Part shown: positions 53,263 to 63,450 of the stretch, in pieces
How the letters are laid out: the number at the start of each line of letters is the position of its first letter
Numbering within the stretch: position 1 is the first letter of the stretch
IMG/VR virus record: IMGVR_UViG_3300028585_000514
Length of the DNA: 64,000 bases
Source: a virus
Lineage: Duplodnaviria; Heunggongvirae; Uroviricota; Caudoviricetes
Direction: 5' to 3' (one strand)
Translations under genes and position numbers: made by a program
Notes under the pieces: model-generated
Told to the model about the DNA's origin: nothing
Databases searched by the model: none
The model's input: the letters and a program-made list of their open reading frames with translations, nothing else

Positions 53263-54081
53263 TTGAATAAATATATGTTCAGTCGTTCGACGACGTTATT
53301 CATGAAGTGTATTATGAAATCTTATGGCATGGACTTACAGCATTCCGACATAAACTCCAGAGCTGATATGCTTATCAGCCGTCCAACTTTCCCAGAAAAA
53401 CCTGAAAAAGGAGCTATCTTTTTCCTATCTGAGAAAGTTGGCAGCAGCGATGTTGGCAACTATATGTTCAACGGCAAAAAGTGGGTCGATCTCGGAATAG
53501 AAAATATCATACAAGAAACACCAATAGAATCTAAACCGATAACACTGATTGCATCCGATATCATAAACGCATTGGGATACGCTCCGACAAATCCAGCTGT
53601 CCTAAATAACTACGCTCTCAAATCTCAAATCGTGCAGCCGGCAGCGACTGGTAAAGTGTATGACGGATCAATCAATGTTATTTCAGGCACTGCGGTTATT
53701 CAATTGGATTCAAGTGCTCCGACTATTGCTGATGGTGCTCCGCTTTGGTCGTGTCAAGTTTCACCAACTTCAGTGAATTCAAAGTTCGCAATTGATTTTT
53801 CAGCTGTCTCCAACTCCACTGCATTTTTGGCGACTCGAACCGTCATCATCACACTGTTTAGAAATAACACAATCATTGCTTGGTCCGCTTCAACGCAGTC
53901 CGCCAATTCACCGGTACCTATTTCATTGAAAGTCTTAGACGTGCCAAAGAGCACCACGCCAGTAACGTACTCATTGCGAGTTGGTATTTCTGGCTCAGGA
54001 ACTTTTTACATTGGTCGAGCATCAGGTGCTTCAATGGGTGATGCAAATAACAGTGGTTGGACAATTAGAGAGGTATTGTAA
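53263..54081 (+). CDS. putative tail-fibre/receptor-binding-like structural protein
   Basis: A Ser/Thr/Gly/Asn-rich beta-type composition (…GTFYIGRASGASMGDANNSGW…). It is on the plus strand, followed by a translationally coupled gene. This is a compositional call only. Confidence 0.45.
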   Translation: MNKYMFSRSTTLFMKCIMKSYGMDLQHSDINSRADMLISRPTFPEKPEKGAIFFLSEKVGSSDVGNYMFNGKKWVDLGIENIIQETPIESKPITLIASDIINALGYAPTNPAVLNNYALKSQIVQPAATGKVYDGSINVISGTAVIQLDSSAPTIADGAPLWSCQVSPTSVNSKFAIDFSAVSNSTAFLATRTVIITLFRNNTIIAWSASTQSANSPVPISLKVLDVPKSTTPVTYSLRVGISGSGTFYIGRASGASMGDANNSGWTIREVL

Positions 54082-54599
54082 TGACTGAAAATTATGTGAA
54101 TGTACTTGGCGCAAAATACCCAAATGTGCAAGTAATGTGTGATGGTGACCCATCCGTTTACGAGAACCTGATTCATCTATCGGGCGATCCAATTCCACCA
54201 AAAGAAGAGTTGGATGCTTTAATGCGAGAAGTGTCCACTATGGACATTTGGTATCGCATTAAAGCGGAGCGTGATATGAGAAAAGCAGGTGGCGTTAAGG
54301 TCAATGGATATTGGTTCCACTCTGATGACGCGAGTCGCATTCAGCAAATTGCGCTGACTATGCTCAAGACGACTTTCCCGCCTAATCTTCAATGGAAGAC
54401 TATGACTGGCGAATTCATCACGATGTCTCATGAGTTAGCTGTTCTGGTATTTCAAACGTCAATAGCATCCGATACTGTGATTTTCGCTATTGCAGAAAAT
54501 CATCGTAAACAGATGCTAGAGTCTGGCGATCCAGAGAGCTATAACTTTTCCGGTGGTTGGCCAATGACTTACGCAGAGTCACCGGAATATGTTGCTTAA
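54081..54599 (+). CDS. hypothetical protein, possibly a tail-fibre assembly or chaperone
   Basis: A TAATG overlap with the upstream gene. The assignment rests on position alone. Confidence 0.45.
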   Translation: MTENYVNVLGAKYPNVQVMCDGDPSVYENLIHLSGDPIPPKEELDALMREVSTMDIWYRIKAERDMRKAGGVKVNGYWFHSDDASRIQQIALTMLKTTFPPNLQWKTMTGEFITMSHELAVLVFQTSIASDTVIFAIAENHRKQMLESGDPESYNFSGGWPMTYAESPEYVA

Positions 54600-55291
54600 G
54601 CGTATCGTGGATCGACGTAGTACGTAGAATCCTTCAACATATTTTTCACAGCCTGACGTTCAGGGATACTCATCCAATGTTCGTCCGTCTGGACATGATG
54701 TGGGCGAACCACTTTAGCGATGTTCTTTGCAGCATCGTTATAGTGGAATGCTTTCGCATTTGATACGACATATCCTTCATCCTTATCAAAGTCGAGACCG
54801 AAATGGTCTTTGAAATTGATACCTCTAAATGGACCGCGTTTTAGAACCGGAGCCATCCACAAGCCCAAACAATCGCAATAGTCCTTCATATCGTCAAGGG
54901 ATAGGCGCGTGTTTGTATTATCCCACACTGAGAATACAGCGAAGAATGATTCGAGATCGCGGTAGTGGATTGAGTGCATCGCAAGCATGTTCTCACCGCA
55001 AATCCTCCAGCCAGGTTCAATGTCCCGGTAAAGATCAGCAGCTAGCCTTTTGATGTGGTGTCTCGACCAATGATCTTTGGAGTCGAGTGATCTGGCGTGC
55101 GAGTAACCTCGACCAATTGTGGTATTTTCACCATCAAGCTTGATCGAGGCGTACGCGTCATCCATCGGGTAGAAATATTTCTCCACCTCTTTTTGCGTCA
55201 AGGTTTTGTCATCACTTGTTCGCGCCATTGACGTTGGCAAGTGAAACGTCTTGAAGTACTTATGTTCTGGGATATCGGTATCGATTATCAT
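54596..55291 (-). CDS. ATP-dependent RNA/DNA ligase-family protein (Rnl-like)
   Basis: Nucleotidyltransferase motif I (KxDG): SIKLDGENTTIG. At about 230 aa it is the size of a minimal ligase. Confidence 0.65.
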   Translation of the reverse strand: MIIDTDIPEHKYFKTFHLPTSMARTSDDKTLTQKEVEKYFYPMDDAYASIKLDGENTTIGRGYSHARSLDSKDHWSRHHIKRLAADLYRDIEPGWRICGENMLAMHSIHYRDLESFFAVFSVWDNTNTRLSLDDMKDYCDCLGLWMAPVLKRGPFRGINFKDHFGLDFDKDEGYVVSNAKAFHYNDAAKNIAKVVRPHHVQTDEHWMSIPERQAVKNMLKDSTYYVDPRYA

Positions 55292-55319
55292 TATAGTTTT
55301 TTGATATGGGTATACGGTA

Positions 55320-55700
55320 TTAGTTGGTGATCAACTCCCATGGGTCACCAGGTTCGTAACCAGAAATTGCCCACCACTGATAATTAGTCAAGTCGTCTCG
55401 GGACATGACTCGATCCTGATTATTGCAGAAAATCCAACCGTCTACTTCAAGAACAGCGTGACCTTCTCCATCAAGATTGCAAAGTACAAGGCGACTGCGA
55501 ATACCAGCGTCGCGGCAAAGCTTCCTACAAGCCAAAGCGAAATCCTCGCAATCTCCTTGAATGCGGGATGAGCCAGTGTACGCTTGATCAGGCATAATCC
55601 ATTTCTCAATGGTGCCAAATTGATCGGCGTCAGTTTCATAGGTGAACTTTTGATAGACTTTGCGGTGAATTGAATTCAGAGTGGTATACAGATTGTCCAT
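55320..55700 (-). CDS. transglutaminase-like cysteine peptidase (BTLCP) domain, lacking its own signal peptide
   Basis: GDCEDFALACRKL (catalytic Cys), GHAVLEVDGWIFCNN (His) and a downstream Asp. The start is immediately after the stop of the lipoprotein-signal mini-ORF. Confidence 0.6.
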   Translation of the reverse strand: MDNLYTTLNSIHRKVYQKFTYETDADQFGTIEKWIMPDQAYTGSSRIQGDCEDFALACRKLCRDAGIRSRLVLCNLDGEGHAVLEVDGWIFCNNQDRVMSRDDLTNYQWWAISGYEPGDPWELITN

Positions 55701-55701
55701 A

Positions 55702-55857
55702 TTAGCAATCCGCATCTGAACGTTGTTTGCGAAGCTCGACGCAACCGATCGGTGCTTCGACAGTTGCGCCTGTTTTGAATGGCGTGGGAGCCTTAGGCGG
55801 CGTAGAAGAACATGCAACCAAAAGACCAGTAAGGAAAACCAGGAGTAGTTTTTTCAT
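55702..55857 (-). pseudogene. 51-aa lipoprotein-signal ORF that may be the frameshifted N-terminus of the BTLCP gene
   Basis: MKKLLLVFLTGLLVACSSTPPKAP… with an LVAC lipobox. It ends …TAATATG, where the BTLCP ORF begins in another frame. Confidence 0.35.
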
Positions 55858-55915
55858 GAATAACTCACAATGCAGTTATTCTATTTATACTGGAATTTCG
55901 GTCACATTTTCAAGA

Positions 55916-56527
55916 TTACTTCAAAATTGCAGTGGAGAATCGTGGTTCAGCCAAGGCCGTACCATAGACCCATGAAAAGCCCTCGAAGTGGCGTATACCG
56001 TATGAGCCAACTTCAATTCCATTCAAGGTAACATCGTATCCTTCAGGTGTCTTGACAACGTGAATACGTTTGTTGCGATGATGCGAATACCGATCGGCCA
56101 ATCGCTGAAACCAGTAAGCAGCTTCGCGCGCCAGCCAATAGTCTTCGTCGTCTGTCCCAGTGTATGGCTGGATCAGTTCGACCTTCATGAAATGATTTTG
56201 GTGCAGCTCATCAACGATGGGCTCGTCACGGAAGCATGGCGACAGCGCAACATACTGTTCCTTAGGATCAAGCTCGCCATCTAGCAGAAGTTGTGCGAAT
56301 GATTGTTCGGCACTGCCAACAGCAAATTGCCCAGGCAATGCTTCGTGGATGTTGCCTTGGAAAGTAGAGCGAATCGCTTTTTCCGATACTAGCCATGGGA
56401 CTTCAATGAATTGAAATGCTCCACGAGTTGATGCTTGGCTTTGAGTTGAGTAGTATTCGGTAGTTGCGTGGAGAAGGTCCCACGCAATCTTATTACGAGC
56501 GGTGGCCACTTCGGAAAGCCTTTTCAT
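55916..56527 (-). CDS. hypothetical protein
   Basis: A 203-aa ORF. Confidence 0.55.
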   Translation of the reverse strand: MKRLSEVATARNKIAWDLLHATTEYYSTQSQASTRGAFQFIEVPWLVSEKAIRSTFQGNIHEALPGQFAVGSAEQSFAQLLLDGELDPKEQYVALSPCFRDEPIVDELHQNHFMKVELIQPYTGTDDEDYWLAREAAYWFQRLADRYSHHRNKRIHVVKTPEGYDVTLNGIEVGSYGIRHFEGFSWVYGTALAEPRFSTAILK

Positions 56528-56960
56528 TCAAGCGCATCATTTTGATTACGTCTTCGATGTCCATGCCATGGTACTTGTTGACGAATCCATCGATGGCGCC
56601 GACGATGTCAGCAAGTTCATTCAGCACGAGGATTGGATTGCTTTGTTCGTGAGCATCTTTCAGCTCGTCACATTCCTCGAAGATTTTGGACAACTCGCCA
56701 TACACGCCTTTTGGAATATGTCGAGTATGGTATGGGCTGATCTTTGCTTCCCTTGCTTCTTCATGAGTCAACTCGAGCTCGAGCGGCGGGAAGTGTTCGA
56801 GCTCATTAGGACCGAAGGTAATTAGGTCGTGGGAATTATCCAGGGATACGGAAGCCAAACCACTCGGCGAAACATTGACTACCGAGCCGAGTTCTTTGAA
56901 ATAGGCGCTAGCGCCAGCAGTAACACGAACAGTGTCGCCGAATTTAAATTTATGTTGCAT
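56493..56960 (-). CDS. MazG-like NTP pyrophosphohydrolase domain protein
   Basis: The C-terminal ELADIVGAIDGFV…DIEDVI resembles MazG. Confidence 0.5.
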   Translation of the reverse strand: MQHKFKFGDTVRVTAGASAYFKELGSVVNVSPSGLASVSLDNSHDLITFGPNELEHFPPLELELTHEEAREAKISPYHTRHIPKGVYGELSKIFEECDELKDAHEQSNPILVLNELADIVGAIDGFVNKYHGMDIEDVIKMMRLNEKAFRSGHRS

Positions 56961-56961
56961 G

Positions 56962-57456
56962 TCAGTCTTTCAGGAGGACGTTGAGAAGATAGTTGCGATC
57001 GTACTTGCGCAGCTCGCAGTTCTTTGCACCGCCGGCAACAGGATCGATGTCGCGCATCAGCATGCCATGGCAGAACAGGACCAGGTTATATGGATGGTCT
57101 TGGACCAGTGAACGAACACGAGCACGAACTTCAGCTGGATTTTCTTCAGGCGTTTCATGAGCCGAATGGTACACTTCATTCAGGCGATAGTCGTGGATGA
57201 TCGGTAGCACGAGGTTCACATCATGCATCACGATGCGGGCAGTAAGTTGCGCACGAACGAATTCAGAAGCGATGACGCGAGTGTACTTACCGAAGTGGTC
57301 AGGACACATGTGCTCTTTGATTTCTTTCGACAGAGCAAGTGCTTGGTTCACACCTTTAGGCGAAAGAATGTTAGCAGCATCGGTATGCTTGTAGTACGAT
57401 GGGTCGGTGTTGCCTAGGCTCTCGCCGTGGCGAATGAAGATGACACTTGATTTCAT
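56962..57456 (-). CDS. histidine phosphatase (phosphoglycerate mutase family)
   Basis: RHGES catalytic motif near the N-terminus, and a downstream His. Confidence 0.75.
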   Translation of the reverse strand: MKSSVIFIRHGESLGNTDPSYYKHTDAANILSPKGVNQALALSKEIKEHMCPDHFGKYTRVIASEFVRAQLTARIVMHDVNLVLPIIHDYRLNEVYHSAHETPEENPAEVRARVRSLVQDHPYNLVLFCHGMLMRDIDPVAGGAKNCELRKYDRNYLLNVLLKD

Positions 57457-57463
57457 ATTATTC

Positions 57464-57688
57464 TTATGGGGCTTTGTGGTGGATTACTACGTCGTTGACC
57501 TTTCGGTCGTGGCCTCCGGTGAGGAGGCTCATTGCATCGCGATACTGAGGGTAACCGAAGCAAGCATCAACGCCTTTGATCAGTTCAGCGAGGATTAGCT
57601 TGCGCTGTTCCTTACTGATGTTGGTGAGATGCTTGTCCTTTACCTTTTGCAGATCATCGCGAAACTCTTGAAGTTCGGATGGCGTCAT
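57464..57688 (-). CDS. hypothetical protein
   Basis: A 74-aa ORF. Confidence 0.5.
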   Translation of the reverse strand: MTPSELQEFRDDLQKVKDKHLTNISKEQRKLILAELIKGVDACFGYPQYRDAMSLLTGGHDRKVNDVVIHHKAP

Positions 57689-58143
57689 TACATGTACATT
57701 TCGATTGTTCTGTTACCGATGGTATGCGTGATTTTCAGGCGAATTGCGCCGCGTTGATGCTCGAACTGGTAGTACTCATAGCCGGCAGTCCATTCAACAG
57801 ATTCATATCGTGGTGGCCCACAATGGTAATCTGGATACGTGTATGGCGAGGTTGGCTCATATGGGTTATGAGTAAAATCCTCGTACTTTCCAGCTTCATC
57901 CTTTTGAGCGGCCATGAAGCCGTCAGACCACCAAGGCGATTTCGGAGCTTGAGGTAGAGGCATCCAATGCGTTGCGCCAGCGATGTCGACGTTGCATTCA
58001 AACGCTTCCTCATCATCGTTCCATGAAGCTGGTATCACGACTGGAATTGCAGTCGGATCATACAGTACGACAAGCATCCCGTGTTCACGAGGAAGCGAGT
58101 GACGAAGGTCGATCCAATCGCCAAAGTCTTGGTCTCTTCTCAT
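57688..58143 (-). CDS. hypothetical protein
   Basis: A 151-aa ORF. Confidence 0.55.
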   Translation of the reverse strand: MRRDQDFGDWIDLRHSLPREHGMLVVLYDPTAIPVVIPASWNDDEEAFECNVDIAGATHWMPLPQAPKSPWWSDGFMAAQKDEAGKYEDFTHNPYEPTSPYTYPDYHCGPPRYESVEWTAGYEYYQFEHQRGAIRLKITHTIGNRTIEMYM

Positions 58144-58874
58144 TTTTGTTTTGGTTTGCGGAAGCTGTGCTTGTCGAAGCCATGTTGGGCAATACGATCT
58201 TTGTCAGAGATTTCGATCGGCATTGCAGTGCTCTGTGGCAGGGTGCCAGAGATGAACATGTCAAGTTCTTGGTAGGCCGAGAACGGATCGAAGACCTTGA
58301 AGAAGTTCAGATTGCCGATGTTGCCGTTCGCTACCCAAGATTTGGTATTGACTTGGCGCCAATTGTAGCTATCAGGGATGCTCTCGTTGTACGTCAGGGT
58401 CACAAAGCGATTGGCGATGCAGTAATCCATCAGCTCAGTCGTTCCTTGGGCTCCTAGGAACTCTCGCACCTTGACAGACTTATCGACCATCCAAGCATAG
58501 CGGGTCTCGTCCTTAATGATCATCTCATACTCGGCGAGGTATGCTTCAAGCTCTTCGGCGCTGAAGAAGACTTTGAGTTCGGTGTCGGTGAAACCATACA
58601 CTCGTTTCGCTGGCTCGAGTTGAGTAACGCGTCGAACCATCATACCACGATAGGTCTTACCGCAGAATACAATGACGACTGGCCCAAAGAACATTTCAGT
58701 GTCCTTCTTTTTCTTGTACTCAAGCTGGACCTTAGGCGAGTGCTGATTAAGCAAGTCGTATGGTGATTGTTTGAGGTCGAGCTCCTGTTGGTCTCGAACA
58801 AATACGACCGATTTGTCTTGCCCGAAAGCAAGCGCGCTATCGTAATAGTCTTTGAACTTTGAGATGATCCGCAT
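58140..58874 (-). CDS. hypothetical protein (start MRIISKF)
   Basis: The internal Met is preceded by CAAAAATAAT. Confidence 0.6.
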   Translation of the reverse strand: MRIISKFKDYYDSALAFGQDKSVVFVRDQQELDLKQSPYDLLNQHSPKVQLEYKKKKDTEMFFGPVVIVFCGKTYRGMMVRRVTQLEPAKRVYGFTDTELKVFFSAEELEAYLAEYEMIIKDETRYAWMVDKSVKVREFLGAQGTTELMDYCIANRFVTLTYNESIPDSYNWRQVNTKSWVANGNIGNLNFFKVFDPFSAYQELDMFISGTLPQSTAMPIEISDKDRIAQHGFDKHSFRKPKQK

Positions 58875-58925
58875 ATTATTTTTGTAAAGGAAAGAGGACC
58901 AGCATTGCACTGGTCCTTGTGCTGC

Positions 58926-59430
58926 TTACAGGTCGATGCCGTCCAGGCCGTTCAGCGCGAGGCTGATGTTGGTGTAGCGACCATCGTTGGTGACATCAGC
59001 GCCAAACCATTCTGGGATGTCGATCTTCTCGTCCACCGATCCCACTTCGATTTCGGCAACGACCAGACCGGAGTGTGCACCGTCGAACATGTCGAGCTCG
59101 ATGATGTGGCCGTTGGTGTGAGCGAAGCGATAGCGAGTTTTCGTGATGATGCGACCTTCAGCTAGCGCCATCATTTCTTGTGCATCTACGAGTGGGATAG
59201 GATACTCCCATTCTTTACGTGCCAGACCTGGTGTAGGACTCTTGACCGTGAAGAATGCTTCTTGACGACCATCTTCCCATTCTGATGCACGAACACGAAT
59301 TGCGGAACCATCACCTGGTTTGGTGAGGTAGCCTTGCATGATGTATTCGCGACTGAGTGGGGTTAGGGCGTTGATCGCGCCGATGTCAGCGATCAGGAAC
59401 TTGTATTCGATTTCGGTGGTGTTAGCCATG
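58926..59430 (-). CDS. CYTH-domain protein (triphosphate tunnel metalloenzyme)
   Basis: EIEYKFLI near the N-terminus is the CYTH signature (ExExK). Confidence 0.7.
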
Positions 59431-59763
59431 CTTTTCCAGTTTGGTTGGTTGTTTGGATTCGGCCATCTTGGCTTCGACGCTCTTGACGACGGTGTTTGCC
59501 AATAGCTCGGGGACACCGAACTTCTTGACCACTTCGCCAACCACGTTCGGGATCGATGGATTGCCGGACATGTACTTCTTCACATTGCGGTAGTCGGTGT
59601 ACAGCAAGTACGGAATACCAAGGATGAACCAGGCGCCAAACAGCAACATCGTCAAGAACGGGAGAATGCCGTCGAAGATGAAGATGGTTCCCATCCAGAG
59701 GATGAAGAAGGCTGCGATACCAGTAAGGTATGGAATGAGGTAGTTGGCGTAGATAGCTTTCAT
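59422..59763 (-). CDS. membrane protein (start MKAIYAN)
   Basis: The internal Met is preceded by CAAAATAAT. Three transmembrane segments. Confidence 0.55.
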   Translation of the reverse strand: MKAIYANYLIPYLTGIAAFFILWMGTIFIFDGILPFLTMLLFGAWFILGIPYLLYTDYRNVKKYMSGNPSIPNVVGEVVKKFGVPELLANTVVKSVEAKMAESKQPTKLEKHG

Positions 59764-59764
59764 A

Positions 59765-60349
59765 TTATTTTGATATGAGGTTGAGAAGTTGACGACCGCG
59801 CTTGTCGATATGCTTGTATTTGATCTTAAACGAGGTCGATTCGATACCACCAAACATCGCCGCGTTGGAATGAATCTCACATAGACCAGTAATGAGCAAG
59901 GAAACGGCTTCAGGCCTTTTACTAAACTCACCAAGGGACTCCGCGTTGAGGAGATGAATATCCATGTCCATTCCAATCAGTCCGCCAATCAGGACGTTCC
60001 TAGGAGTTTCCTCGGTACATTCCATCCAACGTTGCTTGGAGATGTTTGCGTGGTCTGGGAAGTGTTGTCTTCCGGACTCGTCAATTGTAATACAAAGCGG
60101 CTTTCCACAGTCGTGAAAGATGTGGTAGTCGTGCATAACATCTAATGGAAGCAGATTGGCTTTGATGAAGTCCGCATTAGCGGAGAGCCAATCTGGCAAG
60201 CGCCATTCGAATTTCAGTGGTTCATTGTTGAACAAGTAGTTGTGTAGGTCCAGATAGTACGCATGCACCGATTCACCGTGTTCGAGAATAGACATGCCTT
60301 TGGTTTGGAAGCACGTCTTCATTGGCCCAGTCAACTTCTCGTAGTTCAC
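59765..60349 (-). CDS. hypothetical protein with a possible HD-like motif
   Basis: VMHDYHIFHDCGK. Confidence 0.5.
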   Translation of the reverse strand: MNYEKLTGPMKTCFQTKGMSILEHGESVHAYYLDLHNYLFNNEPLKFEWRLPDWLSANADFIKANLLPLDVMHDYHIFHDCGKPLCITIDESGRQHFPDHANISKQRWMECTEETPRNVLIGGLIGMDMDIHLLNAESLGEFSKRPEAVSLLITGLCEIHSNAAMFGGIESTSFKIKYKHIDKRGRQLLNLISK

Positions 60350-60748
60350 TCACAACATGGCAGCCTCCAGCTCAGCATTCAGTTCAGCAACCTGTTTCTC
60401 ATTACGCTCAACACTTGCACGTGCAGAGGAAAGGTTGTTCTTGGCTTCAGTGAGACGCTTGTTGATCCCATAGATCGTTGCTGCTTTGATCGGGTCTTCA
60501 GCATCGATGATGCTCATCGGAATGCGGTAATCGCTGGATTGGGCACAACCACGAGCAGACCATTCAGTACGAATGTGGAGATAGTCGCTGTAGATGTCGA
60601 GGCTAGTAAGGTGATCACGATTGATGCCACCGATCTTGGCGGCAGTCAGAATGTCGTGGAGTTTACCCTGAACTTCATCCACGTCAGGGTGTTTGTAGGT
60701 TTCGATTGCTTCGGTTGCTTCATTGATCAGTTCACGCAGTGTTTTCAT
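60350..60748 (-). CDS. hypothetical protein
   Basis: A 132-aa ORF. Confidence 0.55.
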   Translation of the reverse strand: MKTLRELINEATEAIETYKHPDVDEVQGKLHDILTAAKIGGINRDHLTSLDIYSDYLHIRTEWSARGCAQSSDYRIPMSIIDAEDPIKAATIYGINKRLTEAKNNLSSARASVERNEKQVAELNAELEAAML

Positions 60749-60757
60749 TTTCTTCCT

Positions 60758-61045
60758 CTAGTATTCTAAGAACTTTTTTGTTGAGACGTACTTGCGAACA
60801 AGTTCAACAAGTACGTCGCCGTGACATGGCAGAGGATGGCACCAACAACCCAGAATCTTTCCTTCAAGCTCATGAAGCGAAGCCATCAGTTCAGGATTGT
60901 TAAGCACGTAGTCTTTGTACTTCGCAATTACCTCTTTACGCGTACCATCCTTGCCAATCTCAAATGGGTTTCCCCACTTGCTAGGTCGTCCAATGTAAAT
61001 GTCGTGATGCGACTTTTTAAAATGAACGACACAGGTCTTGCACAT
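60758..61045 (-). CDS. DUF4326-family protein
   Basis: C-terminal GCWCHPLPCHGD motif. Confidence 0.65.
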   Translation of the reverse strand: MCKTCVVHFKKSHHDIYIGRPSKWGNPFEIGKDGTRKEVIAKYKDYVLNNPELMASLHELEGKILGCWCHPLPCHGDVLVELVRKYVSTKKFLEY

Positions 61046-61048
61046 GGA

Positions 61049-61366
61049 TTATGGTTTGTAGAGCGAGTATTTCCGCATCAGTCGACGAGTTTTGAGGTCA
61101 TTGATCGGTTCGGTTGCAATCGCCGAGTGACCCATTTCAAAGTCTGGTTCGAAGAACATGTGATGGCGAATGCCATGCTTATCGAGTCGCTCTCCGATTT
61201 GGTAGAGTTCGTCTTTGTCCTTCGCACCAATCATGATGATGCTGGAAGTCTTGTGAGGTTTGTCGAAGGTAAATCCTGCTTCGAGGGCTGCATGACTTGC
61301 TTGCACAAGTTGCTGAGCCAGCGACAGGTCTTTACGGATAAAGATGTACGTGTACGGGTGGTCCAT
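61049..61366 (-). CDS. PTH2-like peptidyl-tRNA hydrolase (short form)
   Basis: YIFIRKDLSLAQQLVQASHAALEAG matches the PTH2 core. Confidence 0.5.
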   Translation of the reverse strand: MDHPYTYIFIRKDLSLAQQLVQASHAALEAGFTFDKPHKTSSIIMIGAKDKDELYQIGERLDKHGIRHHMFFEPDFEMGHSAIATEPINDLKTRRLMRKYSLYKP

Positions 61367-61376
61367 GGCTCGCTCC

Positions 61377-61730
61377 TTAGATTGCGTTGCACAGTTGACG
61401 GTTATGACCGATGATCGTTTCCACTTGTTGATCAGTGAATTCGATATTGGCAAAGATCGGTGCCTGGAAGAAGCGAGCACGATTGTATGTCAAGTTGTGG
61501 ATCAGATTGGTCGTAACCGCTTTGATCGTTGCTGCGAAGTAGGAGTTATGAGCCGGCTTAAACGCACGACGCATGTTCTTCTCGATATCGGGCTGAGCCG
61601 ATTTGAGGAGTTGGAAGATGAAATAGTCAAGACCGGTGAAGGTATGACGTGCAGCGTGAAGCTGCTTCCAGTTGGCGATAAAAGCATCGCGCTGGGTTTT
61701 GGTGAGGATGAAGTCGAATTTGGTGTCCAT
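61377..61730 (-). CDS. hypothetical protein (start MDTKFDF)
   Basis: Ribosome-binding site AAGGAAATAAAA-ATG. Confidence 0.45.
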   Translation of the reverse strand: MDTKFDFILTKTQRDAFIANWKQLHAARHTFTGLDYFIFQLLKSAQPDIEKNMRRAFKPAHNSYFAATIKAVTTNLIHNLTYNRARFFQAPIFANIEFTDQQVETIIGHNRQLCNAI

Positions 61731-62110
61731 TTTTATTTCCTTAATGTTTTGGGTAATTTGTATTGCGGTAATTGCTACGGGCAATACGAACATTAAGGTG
61801 GACGCTGTAAGTACACTCACAACATGGTACAATCTCCTGAGGTTATCAATAATTCTGTTGGGGTCGCAACAGCACGATGAAACTATTTATAAGCTATGCA
61901 CACCGCATCACTTCGACATACCGCCTCTTAGCAAACTGAGGAGAAGGCTCGAAAACGGCACATACTTCGGATGCGGTGCGCATAAATGATTTGTCTCTCA
62001 TTACTACCCAAGGCTATCGGTGCTTGGTGCCTCATGTAAGGCAAATCATTTATACGTACTGCCGATGATGACATATTAACATCGGCAGTACTGGGCGTAA
62101 CTGGAATAAA

Positions 62111-62914
62111 TTACGGCGCGACTGGCAAAGCGCGCTTATGGATGGTGTTCACGTAGTGACGCAGGATGATCGAACGAGCAGCTTCACCAACATCCTTCCC
62201 TTCCAGGAAATCGTCGATCTGATCATAGGTCACGCCATACGACACTTCATCCGGCTTGCCCGGGTTCAGGTCTTCGAGGTCCGCAGTAGGAACCTTGTTA
62301 GCCATTGCCACTGGGGCGCCGAGTGCTTGTGCGATGGTACGCACTTGGCGTTTGTTCAGGCCAGTTAGTGGGGTTACATCACAGGCACCGTCACCGAACT
62401 TGGTGAAGAAGCCCATGACTGCTTCCGCCGCATGATCGGTACCGATGACAAGACCGTTGACTTGGCCTGCGATCGAGTACTGTGCAACCATACGCTGGCG
62501 TGCTTTGATGTTGCCCATGACGAAGTCCATCTTGTCCGCATCGTCTTCAGCGAAGTACGAATGGTTCATCATGCCGTTCGCAGCATCTTCGATGTTCACG
62601 GTCAGACGTTCATCCGGTTGGATGAAGTCGAGTGCAGCTTGTGCATCTTCTTCGTCACGCTGGACACTGTACGGCAGGCGAACTGCATAGAACTTGGCGA
62701 CAAGGCCTTTGGCGCGGACGCGTTCGACCGCAAGTTGAGCGAGACGACCAGCAGTCGTCGAATCGACACCGCCGCTGATTCCGAGGACGTAAGCCTTGCA
62801 GCCCGAACGTTCCAGATAATCAGCCAAGAAACCGACACGGCGTTCGATTTCGGCATTGACGTCGATCATCGGCTTGACGCCGAGTTCGTTAATGATTTGT
62901 GATTGTAATGGCAT
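62111..62914 (-). CDS. nadE: NH3-dependent NAD+ synthetase
   Basis: [15 protein letters not shown]-loop, NadE length, and NadE-family conservation. Confidence 0.9.
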   Translation of the reverse strand: MPLQSQIINELGVKPMIDVNAEIERRVGFLADYLERSGCKAYVLGISGGVDSTTAGRLAQLAVERVRAKGLVAKFYAVRLPYSVQRDEEDAQAALDFIQPDERLTVNIEDAANGMMNHSYFAEDDADKMDFVMGNIKARQRMVAQYSIAGQVNGLVIGTDHAAEAVMGFFTKFGDGACDVTPLTGLNKRQVRTIAQALGAPVAMANKVPTADLEDLNPGKPDEVSYGVTYDQIDDFLEGKDVGEAARSIILRHYVNTIHKRALPVAP

Positions 62915-63004
62915 GTTTATTCCATGGTTGTTATTGCAATGACATTATACGCTGAGACAGCATCGCACCAATAAATACGTGTACACAATTCAAGAACTAT
63001 TATC

Positions 63005-63448
63005 ATGAAATCTTATTCAGGTCCGTCACAACCAAAACGTCACGCAGTTGTCTTCCCAGTAGTTTCCGATCTTCCTGATCCGCTAGAGATTGGCGAAACT
63101 GTCTATAAAAATGATCCGATGTTTCCAGGTCTTTACATATACCTCGGTGAGAAGCGTTGGGTTACAATCATGTCGCCTAAGAACAATATCATCGAAGAGC
63201 ACATTGCTGCTCCCGATCAGAAGATGTTCACTCTGTCAACTGCTTATCCAACTGATGGTTCGAGCTTAAACGTGTATGTTAATGGCACACGTCTCGCAAA
63301 GAATCAATATGCTGAACTAAGTGATACGATGGTGTGCATTAAGCAAGATGGGTTCTTAGAGGGTGGAGAGAAAGTTGAGTTCCAAATCTTTAACAAGTAT
63401 GAGGAACGCATCCATCATATGCGACCATATAACCACACACAAGGATAA
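63005..63448 (+). CDS. hypothetical protein
   Basis: A 147-aa plus-strand ORF upstream of apt. Confidence 0.5.
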   Translation: MKSYSGPSQPKRHAVVFPVVSDLPDPLEIGETVYKNDPMFPGLYIYLGEKRWVTIMSPKNNIIEEHIAAPDQKMFTLSTAYPTDGSSLNVYVNGTRLAKNQYAELSDTMVCIKQDGFLEGGEKVEFQIFNKYEERIHHMRPYNHTQG

Positions 63449-63450
63449 TA

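Noticed and set aside
53263-54599. Calling the plus-strand pair as a definite tail fibre and tail-fibre assembly chaperone.
   Set aside because: There is only compositional and positional resemblance, with no diagnostic motif I can verify by eye. I kept them as low-confidence structural candidates.
62935-63004. A TGTACA followed by TATTAT upstream of the plus-strand gene at 63005, as a ninth copy of the conserved promoter.
   Set aside because: The spacer is about 12 nt, not 17, and the ATG follows immediately. It does not fit the architecture of the eight minus-strand copies.
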